DNA of 58,235 nucleotides from an uncultured bacterium (lineage in GTDB: Bacteria; Zixibacteria; MSB-5A5; CAIYYT01). Position numbers and translations under genes: made by a program. The notes under the pieces are model-generated. The model saw only the letters and a list, made by a program, of their open reading frames with translations. It did no database searches and had not been told where the DNA came from. The DNA is taken from positions 1 to 58,235 of the forward strand of contig CAIVAP010000101.1 of assembly GCA_903903945.1 (NCBI GenBank), written 5' to 3'. How positions within the stretch are numbered: position 1 is the first letter of the stretch; each line of letters begins with the position of its first letter. Positions 8,894 to 17,451 of this stretch are shown one piece after another.

Positions 8894-11221
8894 ATGCAGG
8901 GATACGCCAAGAAAACACTAACCGAAAACGCGTTGCGAGTATTGGAGCGCCGCTATCTGGCCAAGGACGCGGAGGGGCAGATAATCGAAACGCCCGAGCA
9001 ATTGTTCCGGCGTGTCGCCGGCGCCGTGTCGCTGCCCGATAGAAACTACGGTATCACCGACGAGCAAATCAAGCAGAGTGCTGAGGATTTTTTCCAGATG
9101 GTCGCCAATCTGGAGTTTATGCCCAATTCGCCGACGTTGATGAACGCCGGTCGTCCCTTGGGACAGCTCTCCGCTTGTTTTGTTTTGCCGGTCGGCGACT
9201 CGATGGAACAGATTTTTGAGACTATTAAACATGCGGCGCTGATTCACAAATCAGGCGGTGGCACCGGTTTTTCATTCTCACGCCTGCGTCCGCGCAATTC
9301 GGTAGTGGCGTCCACCTCCGGCGTGGCATCGGGGCCGGTGTCGTTTATGCGGGTCTTTAATGCCGCAACCGAGGCCGTCAAGCAAGGGGGTACCAGGCGC
9401 GGCGCCAATATGGGTATCCTGCGAGTGGATCATCCCGATATCGATGAATTCGTTTCCTGCAAAGACGACGTCACTCAAATCACCAATTTCAATATCTCGA
9501 TCGCCATTACCGACGAGTTTATGCGCGCGGTAAAGGAGAACCGGCATTATGCGCTCATCAATCCGCGTACCGGCAAAGAGTATCTCGTCAACGGCGAAGT
9601 GATCACCAAACATGCGCCGACGGTGTTTAATAGCATTATCAAACATGCCTGGTCAACCGGCGAGCCGGGGATCATTTTTATCGATCGGATGAATCAGCAG
9701 GCTCCCTGCCCTGATTACGAAGTTATCGAAGCGACTAATCCGTGCGGTGAACAACCGTTGCCGCCGTACGATTCTTGCAATCTTGGTTCAATCAATCTTG
9801 GCGAGATGGTGCTGGATGAGTTCCCTCGCGATTATGATCCTAAACAGAATCCCGAACAGGGTGTAGAGTGGGACAAGCTGGCGCGGTTGGTCAAGAACAC
9901 GGTGCACTTCCTTGATAATATTATCGACGCGAACAAATACCCGATTCCGGAGATCGAAAGCCAGACGTTGAAAAATCGGCGCGTTGGTTTGGGGGTGATG
10001 GGCTGGGCTGATATGTTGGTCAAGCTACGCGTGCCATACAACAGTGAGGCGGCATTCCGGCTCGGTGAAAAAGTGATGGAGTTTATCAACAGCGAAGGGC
10101 ATATCCAATCCAGTGAGTTGGCCAAAACGCGCGGCAAATTCCCCAACTGGGAGCATTCGCGTTTTGCCGCCGAGGGTGTCTCTATGCGCAATGCCACCGT
10201 GACGACTATTGCGCCGACCGGCACGATTTCGATTATCGCCGGTTGTTCATCGGGGATCGAGCCCTACTATGCCGTGTCATTTGTCCGCAATGTCATGGAC
10301 AACACCAAGCTGGTAGAAGTTAATCCTCTGTTTGAGAAGATCGCGAAGCAGCGCGGGTTCTACAGTCAGGAATTGATGGAGCGCATCGCGTTGGACAACT
10401 CGCTCAAGAATTTCGAGGAAATCCCTGCCGACGTGCGTGACCTCTTTGTGACTGCCGCTGATGTCAGTCCGAAAGAGCATATCCGGATGCAGGCGGTGTT
10501 CCAACGCAATTGTGATTCGTCGGTATCAAAGACGATCAACATGGATAATTCCGCTACCGAACAGGATGTCCATGACGCCTATTGGTATGCCTATGAGCTC
10601 GGTTGCAAGGGTGTGACCATTTATCGTGACGGTTCGCGTCCGATGCAAGTATTATCAACCGGCAAGACCGGCGCCCAACCGGCAAAACCGGAAGCGACGC
10701 CACAACTGGAACTGATACCCGAACCACCCAAAGCCGTGGCGACTCCCATAGAGGCGCCTGCCTTAGCCGGAGCCAAGCAGATCGAGGCGCGGCCGGATGT
10801 GTTGGCCGGTATCACCGAGCGCATCCGCACCGGTTACGGCAATCTGTTCATCACGATCAACAGCAAAGATGATAAGCCGTTTGAAGTCTTCGCGCAGATC
10901 GGCAAATCGGGTTGGTCAACGATGGCCGACACCGAGGCGATCTGCAGGTTGATTTCGCTGGCATTGCGAGCCAGTGTGCCGGTGGAAGCGATTATCGAGC
11001 AGCTTGCCGGTATCGGTGGTGAGTCGCCCCTATTCCAAAACGGCGAGTTGATCAAGTCGATTCCGGATGCCATCAGTATGGTCTTGAAGAAGCATTTCGG
11101 TAACGGCAAGCAGTACCAGCGCCAGTCCAACTACGGCGATGTCTGCCCTGACTGCGGCACCAAGCTTGAGCATGACTCTGGCTGCGTGACGTGCCGAGGG
11201 TGTGGGTATAATAGGTGTTGA
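8894..11221 (+). CDS. nrdJ: Adenosylcobalamin-dependent (class II) ribonucleotide reductase
   Basis: 775 aa. [22 protein letters not shown] active-site region and C-terminal CPDCG...CVTCRGCG redox tail. GGAG-rich RBS upstream. Confidence 0.93.
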   Translation: MQGYAKKTLTENALRVLERRYLAKDAEGQIIETPEQLFRRVAGAVSLPDRNYGITDEQIKQSAEDFFQMVANLEFMPNSPTLMNAGRPLGQLSACFVLPVGDSMEQIFETIKHAALIHKSGGGTGFSFSRLRPRNSVVASTSGVASGPVSFMRVFNAATEAVKQGGTRRGANMGILRVDHPDIDEFVSCKDDVTQITNFNISIAITDEFMRAVKENRHYALINPRTGKEYLVNGEVITKHAPTVFNSIIKHAWSTGEPGIIFIDRMNQQAPCPDYEVIEATNPCGEQPLPPYDSCNLGSINLGEMVLDEFPRDYDPKQNPEQGVEWDKLARLVKNTVHFLDNIIDANKYPIPEIESQTLKNRRVGLGVMGWADMLVKLRVPYNSEAAFRLGEKVMEFINSEGHIQSSELAKTRGKFPNWEHSRFAAEGVSMRNATVTTIAPTGTISIIAGCSSGIEPYYAVSFVRNVMDNTKLVEVNPLFEKIAKQRGFYSQELMERIALDNSLKNFEEIPADVRDLFVTAADVSPKEHIRMQAVFQRNCDSSVSKTINMDNSATEQDVHDAYWYAYELGCKGVTIYRDGSRPMQVLSTGKTGAQPAKPEATPQLELIPEPPKAVATPIEAPALAGAKQIEARPDVLAGITERIRTGYGNLFITINSKDDKPFEVFAQIGKSGWSTMADTEAICRLISLALRASVPVEAIIEQLAGIGGESPLFQNGELIKSIPDAISMVLKKHFGNGKQYQRQSNYGDVCPDCGTKLEHDSGCVTCRGCGYNRC

Positions 11222-11246
11222 TGCTGCCGATAGTCGGCTGATAAAT

Positions 11247-11271
11247 CGTAGGGGCACGTTGCTACGTGCCC
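11247..11271. repeat. GTAG-prefixed perfect hairpin (REP-like or possible terminator) between convergent genes
   Basis: cgtagg GGGCACGT tgct ACGTGCCC: 8-bp perfect stem at 11252-11259/11264-11271. There is no clean T-tract on the plus strand. Confidence 0.4.
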
Positions 11272-11386
11272 GATGCTCCCGGATGCCTGACGAAGAATCA
11301 CTCACCGGAACGTTTTGGGCAGGCCATAAAAGTGGAGAAGAAAACTATTTTAGAATTCGATGCAGTGACCAGGCACGACCGAAGCA

Positions 11387-12691
11387 CTAATCTGCAGCTG
11401 TAATAATTCGACCCTTACCGTTCTCTTTGGCAAGCCGTTGGGCGGTCTGAGCCGCAGAAGTTAAGTCTAAGCATGTCTGCGTCGAGGTGGAACGATAAGC
11501 AAGTCCTGCACTCACGCTGACCGGGTAGAAGATGGAATCATCAAAGATGTCTTGTGCTTTAATACATAGCAATTCGCGGAGTATACTGGAGCAGGTCTTG
11601 GCAATCTCCTCTCTGGTTTTTCCCCTCAACAGAACGGAGAACTCGTCTCCGCCATACCTGTATACAGTGTACGGTGCAGCCGCCTTTTCGGCCACCTTCG
11701 CAATCTGTTTCAAAACTTCATCTCCCTGCAAGTGCTCACCAGGTTTAGCATTGAAACTCTTGAAATCGTCGCAATCAAAGAACATTTCCGCAACAATTAT
11801 ATCGATTGGTGACTCGAATATTAATCCGCGATCGATATCGTATTGGCCCCTATTACTGAGTCCCGTGAGATCATCCTTGCGCTGGAAGTCTACGACGCCA
11901 GCGGCGGAGAGCCGCTGCTGAACAGCATGATAGCGGCAATTGCAGATTTTGTTCTTGCAGGTATCGCAAACGTCCGGGTAACGCGTCCAGACTTCTTTCC
12001 CGAGATCGAGAACCTCATTTGGATCACCGAGGTTCGGCAGGAGATTCGCGAGTCCACAAATGCAGGCAAATACGTCGGCAATCTCGTTCTTGACATTGTT
12101 CGGGTAAAACGGTCTCAACCTAATGGCCTCAGACAACTCAGTTAGTTCTTCGTAAGTCTTTAAGAAAGCATAAGCAATTAATCGATCGGGGGTTGGGTTC
12201 CCTTCGCCGCCATAGAGCCCTGCAATCCCTTTTTGCCTTTGGCTGTAGATTCTGTCGAACAGAGCCTGCCAATTAGCGATCGTGACCGGCTGTCTCGATC
12301 GACCGGCAGAAGCCAGTTCAGCCAACATGGAGGAATTTAGTTCCTTCTTAATGACACCTGAACAATTGCACACCGTCTGATTGCAGAAAGGGCAGATACC
12401 TGGAAACTTGTTCCAGATCAGAGCACTGACATTTCCCAATTCCAGGCTTCTCACTAGTCCACAATACCACGCGAAGAGCTTTGGCAGCCATTTCGTTCGA
12501 CACTCGTTGTATTCGCGTGCCTTGATCGCTGACTTCTGCAGATTCAGGAGAGTCTCGTATAGACGGCCGAGAATCTGAAGAGGGCTGCGTTCGTGATTCT
12601 GAGAGAAATAGTATATGCGCTCAAATGTGGATACCCAGGTATCAAGCGTGAGGTCCTTTCCCTGAACTTCTGAAATGGTGGTATTCGTCAT
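11387..12691 (-). CDS. Tandem MazG-like NTP-pyrophosphohydrolase repeats, each ending in a CxxCx4CxC knuckle, fused to a C-terminal GGDEF domain
   Basis: Repeat 1 spans residues ~14-110 and ends WNKFPGICPFCNQTVCNC. Repeat 2 spans ~135-252, carries EELTE...EIAD and ends WTRYPDVCDTCKNKICNC. The GGDEF domain spans ~270-434 (LTGLSNR, FFDCDDFK, RYGGDEF). Confidence 0.75.
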   Translation of the reverse strand: MTNTTISEVQGKDLTLDTWVSTFERIYYFSQNHERSPLQILGRLYETLLNLQKSAIKAREYNECRTKWLPKLFAWYCGLVRSLELGNVSALIWNKFPGICPFCNQTVCNCSGVIKKELNSSMLAELASAGRSRQPVTIANWQALFDRIYSQRQKGIAGLYGGEGNPTPDRLIAYAFLKTYEELTELSEAIRLRPFYPNNVKNEIADVFACICGLANLLPNLGDPNEVLDLGKEVWTRYPDVCDTCKNKICNCRYHAVQQRLSAAGVVDFQRKDDLTGLSNRGQYDIDRGLIFESPIDIIVAEMFFDCDDFKSFNAKPGEHLQGDEVLKQIAKVAEKAAAPYTVYRYGGDEFSVLLRGKTREEIAKTCSSILRELLCIKAQDIFDDSIFYPVSVSAGLAYRSTSTQTCLDLTSAAQTAQRLAKENGKGRIITAAD

Positions 12692-12694
12692 AAT

Positions 12695-13468
12695 TTACTC
12701 AGGCCACTCGAACAGATTGGGATTCCTATGCGCAGTTGAAGAACCCGGCTTTCCGAGAATTGAACCCACCGCATTTCGCACCCGAGCAGTGACGCTCGAT
12801 GTGGACAGCGAAGCATCAATTGAAATGATGGTTCCCAATTCGGGTCGCTGGCTCGCCACGAGTTTCAAATAGCGGTCTCTTATCTTTCTGAGTACGTCCT
12901 CATCTTCGTATAGATCACGCGTCCACCGAGTCTGTCGCATCCGATTTCCGGCATGTTCAACAGGAACATCAAGATAAATAGTCAAATCCGGAATAGGAGC
13001 AAACCGGTTCATCTCGATAAGCCACTTTTCATCAACGGAAAGACCCTGATAAACAAGAGTAGAAAGGAAGTAACGATCACAAATTACTATCCTATTGCTG
13101 CGAAGATTCGGGATTACTTCAGTAGCAAGGTGATCCATACGATCAGCTGCATAAAGCAGTGCGAGTGAATAGGGATCCAAATCGCTAGGAGGTGCTGCCT
13201 GTTCGGACCCAGACTCATGGTAAACACCCGAAGCACCCTTCAGCCGACGAGCGAGCGCCAATCTAATCAACAGACCAGCGGGCCCATTGCTTGGCTCATG
13301 CGTAAAATAGACGCGATACTTCTGTGCCCTCAACCACGAAGTGAGCTTCTCGCCTTGGGTTGTTGAACCACAACCGTCTATTCCCTCTAAGACTAGAAAA
13401 AGAGGGCCAAGAGACTGACCGCGAGACTCGTTATTCTCTGCGTCCGCTTGAAACTGCGTCATAGACAT
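12695..13468 (-). CDS. Thymidylate kinase-family homologue with the Walker-A lysine replaced (GIDGCGSTT)
   Basis: LVLEGIDGCGSTTQ, THEPS, LLYAADR, ICDRYFLSTLVYQG and an Arg-rich lid match the Tmk layout. The codon at 13364-13366 is TCA (Ser) where the P-loop Lys is expected. Confidence 0.75.
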   Translation of the reverse strand: MSMTQFQADAENNESRGQSLGPLFLVLEGIDGCGSTTQGEKLTSWLRAQKYRVYFTHEPSNGPAGLLIRLALARRLKGASGVYHESGSEQAAPPSDLDPYSLALLYAADRMDHLATEVIPNLRSNRIVICDRYFLSTLVYQGLSVDEKWLIEMNRFAPIPDLTIYLDVPVEHAGNRMRQTRWTRDLYEDEDVLRKIRDRYLKLVASQRPELGTIISIDASLSTSSVTARVRNAVGSILGKPGSSTAHRNPNLFEWPE

Positions 13469-13736
13469 CCATTAGGTCCTGCGAAGAGAATCCTATCTTT
13501 CGCGCGACCCTGCTTATGAAGGCCTGCCGCTCCGAGGGGGGCAAGTAGACTGGATCAATCGATTCAATCTCTTCTCCGCGCAGAGCAGAGATTGCCTCAC
13601 AAATGCCCTCAGGGTTATCTCGAATTGACTTCGCCAACCTTTCCCATTTGGTGGCTACTTGTAGGATGTCCTTCACTTGAGTTCTCATCGACGACCCGAA
13701 TCCGCTCTCTCGTTGGCAGTTCGACTTCATTTCCAT
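13431..13736 (-). CDS. Hypothetical small protein (first gene of the three-gene operon; start uncertain)
   Basis: 101-aa ORF overlapping the Tmk-like start by 38 nt. No recognisable family and no clear RBS at the first ATG. Confidence 0.4.
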   Translation of the reverse strand: MEMKSNCQRESGFGSSMRTQVKDILQVATKWERLAKSIRDNPEGICEAISALRGEEIESIDPVYLPPSERQAFISRVARKIGFSSQDLMDVYDAVSSGRRE

Positions 13737-13880
13737 TGCAGTTCGTTACCAACTAAACTACTTTTGTGGGAATTTGGTCACTAATTAAACAAATGTCAAG
13801 CATTTAGTTCCTCAGACCGAATTCTCATCCACCTTGATACGTTTCAACACACCTATTCATGTGCTCGCACACACCCTGCA

Positions 13881-14433
13881 CCTCACCCAGCGGGTGAGTT
13901 CCACGTCTATGACAGCAGAATGTGCGGTGCGATAACCGTCGATGGCAACCGAGTTCGGATTCCCAGCACTATTCAGCACGTCGGTTGAATGCAAAGCCCA
14001 CCCGCTGGGTGGGTTACTGGCTGGCGGTCACGCCAGTCCCGTAGGTCGGCGTTCCGAGTCCCATGCTATCACTGTCACTCCGATTTCAACCACATCCACG
14101 TCAATCCAACCACCCACGCTTCTACCACCACGGGACGAGAAACCCGGCATACATTTGATTTTGTGGTCGAAACATGTCGGGTTTCTCACTCCGTGCCAAT
14201 GCCAAGGGATTCCATGTTTTCCACGGTTTAGCACGACCAGCGGATTCCACGATCAGACCACCGTTCGGAACACCGACCTACGGCAACAGCCTGGATTCCC
14301 GCCGAAGTCTACCCCGTGCTTTGACACGGGGCGGGAATGACAGGTTCTTGTTCGCGACTTTGTACCCCACCCAGAGCCCTGCGTCGGGTGGGTTCTTCTT
14401 TGCTGGCTGTACCTTGTGTCTGGCTACTTTGTA
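13881..14433. repeat. Composite hairpin-rich repeat, copy 1 (full: module A 13881-14020, module B 14021-14342, module C ~14356-14433)
   Basis: Module A has inverted termini CCTCACCCAGCGGGTGAGTT / AACCCACCCGCTGGGTGGGTTAC. Module B has 19-nt inverted arms at 14039-14057 and 14265-14283, and an inner 14-bp stem at 14137-14150/14174-14187. It aligns to the copies at 14434, 16217 and 17258. Confidence 0.85.
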
Positions 14434-14718
14434 CCTCACCCAGCGGGTGAGTTCCACGTCTATGACAGCAGAATGTGCGGTGCGATAACCGTCGATAGCA
14501 GCCGATGTTCGGATTTCCGGTATTGTTCAGGGCGTAGATTGAATGCAGAACCCACCCGCTGGGTGGGTTACTGCCTGGCGGTCACGAGGTCCTGTAGGTC
14601 GGCGTTCCTGCTATCACTGTCACTCCGATTTCAACCACATGCGCGCTGACGCCGCCACCCACGTTTCCATCACCATGGGACGAGAAACCCGACATACATT
14701 TGATTTTGTGGTCGAAAC
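14434..14718. repeat. Composite repeat, copy 2 (module A plus the 5' half of module B; similarity stops 6 nt from the stop codon of the next gene)
   Basis: Near-identical to 13881-14165 except for small indels (for example an 8-nt difference at gttcc[gagtcccat]gctatc). Similarity ends after gtggtcgaaac at 14718. Confidence 0.85.
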
Positions 14719-14723
14719 TTGGG

Positions 14724-16082
14724 TTAGTCCCTCTTTGATGCTTCAATTGCATCTGCTATCGCGCGGAATACACTATCGAAGCTCGGGCCAACAAACCATT
14801 GCCCGTGTGATCGTACACTTACGCCTGAGACTTGATTGTTCAAGAGGCTTTTGGCTATCTCTCTGCCGATCTGCTCTGTACCGAAGTCATAATGAGGTAT
14901 AGTGGGAATGAAGACCGGTCCAAGTCGGACGTCCGAATGCTCGGCTATAGCGGTCAACTCCTCATTATGAATATGAATTATTGAGTGATATCTATTGTCA
15001 TTCTGTGCGAACAACATGGAGTGAATAATCCAGTGCGGTATAGCCTCGCTAGATGGACGCATTGAGGAGTCACCAAAGTAAAGGTATCCCTCGTCTTCTG
15101 TGACGATGGGAGTATCCGAGTATACCTTCAGTCTATCTTTGTAAGTGTTGGAAGCTGTAATCAACATGATTGGTTTTTGATTGCAGATCATATATGCGCT
15201 CAGGACCATATGCGTAAACGATATTGTGGCTCCTTCTCTTATGAGCCTGGCCGAGAAGCTCTTGACTTCCTCCATCTTTGCAAACACACTGTCAATGTCC
15301 TTTCGATTCACGAAGGTTGGAAATGCTCCTTGGTGGCGGATGGTTGGCGGATCATATGAGTATCTCTCCCGGTCGCTTTCGGAAGGATGCGGAAACCTCT
15401 CCTGAAGCAGATTCGCCTTCAAGAAGTGTTCTTTATTCTCTTCGGCCAAAGAGGCGTCATAGTCTTCAAATATGTCTCGGATCGACAAAAGCGCAACTCT
15501 GGTCTTGTCAAGCCTGTTGTATACGTTGCGTATCGTGAGATACAGCTGCTTTGGAGAATCGACAATGCAGTTGGCTAGGTAGTCATAGATTGTTATTCTT
15601 CTCGTAACCTGCTGACCGTAAAATATCCTGAATTTCCTATTGCCCCAATCTCTAGATTCAAAGTCCTCTAGATACTTGCAAATAAGCAGCAGCCATTCCT
15701 CATCCTCTTTCCAGGCCATGGCTTTGTCTAGGGCAGTCATAGCTGTTATAGTAGTCAGTGCCCCTCTTAGACTTCGCTTCTTGCTAAGCCGATCAATGAG
15801 AAAGCCCTTTACGTTGATGGTCCTGCCCCTCAACTCCTCATTCTCTTCGTTCGCCCTTCTGTCAGAGGTGGTGTAGAAAACCAAAGCATTTCCTAAAAGC
15901 CCGCCTATAGTCAGCAGAGTCGTCACCGCCGGCTCATAGCCGGGTTTGCTGCCCCACCAAGCCGAAGACAGAACGAGGACAAGAGTCAGGCCTGACGCAC
16001 GGATGAGATAGCCCTTTTTAGAACCCCAGAATTCAATAGTTGACACCGTTCCCTCCAATATGATATTCCTCTCGTTGACCAA
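14724..16082 (-). CDS. Membrane-anchored protein (2 predicted N-terminal TM helices) with a C-terminal class II aldolase/adducin-like domain
   Basis: TM-like segments at residues ~25-43 and ~51-71. The C-terminus has PSSE (343-346), HIH (370-372) and RSHGQWFVG (H426), which align to the PSSE / HxH / NHG motifs of the bona fide aldolase at 7409-8095. The start may instead be GTG at 16046, preceded by GGAGGG. Confidence 0.65.
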   Translation of the reverse strand: MVNERNIILEGTVSTIEFWGSKKGYLIRASGLTLVLVLSSAWWGSKPGYEPAVTTLLTIGGLLGNALVFYTTSDRRANEENEELRGRTINVKGFLIDRLSKKRSLRGALTTITAMTALDKAMAWKEDEEWLLLICKYLEDFESRDWGNRKFRIFYGQQVTRRITIYDYLANCIVDSPKQLYLTIRNVYNRLDKTRVALLSIRDIFEDYDASLAEENKEHFLKANLLQERFPHPSESDRERYSYDPPTIRHQGAFPTFVNRKDIDSVFAKMEEVKSFSARLIREGATISFTHMVLSAYMICNQKPIMLITASNTYKDRLKVYSDTPIVTEDEGYLYFGDSSMRPSSEAIPHWIIHSMLFAQNDNRYHSIIHIHNEELTAIAEHSDVRLGPVFIPTIPHYDFGTEQIGREIAKSLLNNQVSGVSVRSHGQWFVGPSFDSVFRAIADAIEASKRD

Positions 16083-16133
16083 TGCGATAGAAGTTCATCT
16101 ATTATGCATTTGTTGTCAACGATTTTCGGCAAT

Positions 16134-16670
16134 CTTCGTACTTTGTACCCCACCCAGAGCCTTGCGTCGGGTGGGTTCTTCTTTGCTGGCTGTACCTTGT
16201 GTCTGGCTACTTTGTACCTCACCCAGCGGGTGAGTTTCTATAACTATAGCCGCAGAACGTACAGTGTGATAGCTGTCGATAGCAGCCGATGTTCAGATTT
16301 GCGGCATTGTTCAGCGCGTCGATTGAGTGCAAAGCCCACCCGCTGGGTGGGTTACTGGCCAGTCCCGTAGGTCGGCGTTCCGAGTCCCATGCTATCACTG
16401 TCACTCCGATTTCAACCACATGCGCGCTGACGCCGCCACCCACGTTTCCATCACCACGGGACGAGAAACCCGACATACATTTGATTTCGTGGTCGAAACA
16501 TGTCGGGTTTCTCACTCCGTGCCAATGCCGAGGGATTCCATGTCTTCCACGCTTATGTACGACCAGGGAATTGCACGATCAGACCACCGTTCGGAACACC
16601 GACCTACGACAACAGTCTGGATTCCCGCCGAAGTCTGTCCAGCGCTTTGACACGGGGCGGGAATGACACC
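16134..16670. repeat. Composite repeat, copy 3 (module C 16134-16216, module A 16217-16358, module B 16359-16670)
   Basis: Aligns to copy 1 over A, B and C, with a 12-nt deletion after gggttactgg. It is followed by a solitary REP (AACCCACCCGCTGGGTGGGTT) at 16690-16710. Confidence 0.85.
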
Positions 16671-16840
16671 CCTTGTGCACGGCTGCGAGAACCCACCCGC
16701 TGGGTGGGTTACCGTGCATTGCCAAAGCTTTTTCCCTCCGGCCTTTTTCACAGAAGCTAAATTCCTTTGCAACCTTCGGAGCGGATTGCGTATAAGAGCA
16801 TATGTAGACCTATATTGACCATAACCGAAAGGACAACACA

Positions 16841-17152
16841 ATGAAATTCCTGGTGAAATTCTCGTTTGCGAATGACGCAGGAAACGACGCTCTGAGCGAT
16901 CCTCAATTCGGATCAAAAATGAAGCAGCTTCTGACCGACATTAAAGCTGAGAGTGCGTATTTCACGACCGTGAACGGGCAGCGGGGCGCTTACCTCGTGG
17001 TAAACATGGACGACGCCTCACAAATACCGGCCATTGCCGAGCCGTTGTTTCTTTGGCTGCATGCGGACCTTGAATTTATCCCGGTAATGCTTCCGCAGGA
17101 TCTTGAGAAAGGTGGTCCCGCGATTGCTGCCGCAGTCAAGAAGTGGGCATAA
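16841..17152 (+). CDS. Small alpha+beta protein (DUF3303/GYD-like topology, tentative)
   Basis: 103 aa. MKFLVKFSF...GAYLVVNMDDASQIPAIAEPLFLWLHADLEFIPVMLPQDL resembles dimeric alpha/beta-barrel small proteins. It has its own terminator downstream. Confidence 0.5.
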   Translation: MKFLVKFSFANDAGNDALSDPQFGSKMKQLLTDIKAESAYFTTVNGQRGAYLVVNMDDASQIPAIAEPLFLWLHADLEFIPVMLPQDLEKGGPAIAAAVKKWA

Positions 17153-17184
17153 GTATCTCTGGCACTAACCAATAGTTAGTAAAT

Positions 17185-17219
17185 AGGCCGTCCTTGATTG
17201 AGGGCGGCCTTTGTCTTTC
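17185..17219 (+). terminator. Rho-independent terminator after 16841-17152
   Basis: AGGCCGTCC ttgattga GGGCGGCCT: 9-bp stem with one G.U pair, followed by TTGTCTTTC. Confidence 0.6.
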
Positions 17220-17257
17220 GGGAAATTCCGTCCCATCAGCCGGTAACCCACTGTGTA

Positions 17258-17398
17258 CCTCACCCAGCGGGTGAGTTTCATGACTATTGCCGCAGAATGT
17301 ACAGTGAGATAGCTGTCGATTGCAGCCGATGTTCAGACATCAGGTATTATTCAACACGTCGGTTGAATACAAAACCCACCCGCTGGGTGGGTTACTGG
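17258..17398. repeat. Composite repeat, copy 4 (module A only, REPIN-like)
   Basis: cctcacccagcgggtgagtttc...aaaacccacccgctgggtgggttactgg, with an internal hairpin ATTCAAC acgtcg GTTGAAT. Confidence 0.8.
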
Positions 17399-17451
17399 AT
17401 TACCGAATGTCGTTGGGGAGCGCTCGATTCGATGGCGCACGCCGTGCGCCG

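Noticed and set aside
13942-14902. Track ORFs inside the repeats (13942-14340, 13989-14231, 14174-14488, 14416-14649, 14543-14902) as possible repeated small proteins
   Set aside because: Repeat copies differ by indels that are not multiples of three, for example an 8-nt difference at gttcc[gagtcccat]gctatc. No frame is therefore conserved between copies, the translations are low-complexity, and no RBS is present.
16104-16916. Track ORFs 16104-16370, 16289-16666, 16327-16650, 16500-16760 and 16512-16916 in repeat copy 3
   Set aside because: Same reasoning. They are translations of palindromic repeat DNA, open on both strands because of the inverted symmetry.
13881-17398. CRISPR array or integron cassette array (attC sites)
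   Set aside because: The units are 140-550 bp with no short repeat/spacer periodicity, and there are no cas genes. No intI gene is present, and I could not find the R''/R' core sites (RYYYAAC...GTTRRRY) at the repeat ends. The 5' GTA(C/A)C or GTAG plus palindrome layout fits REP/REPIN elements better.
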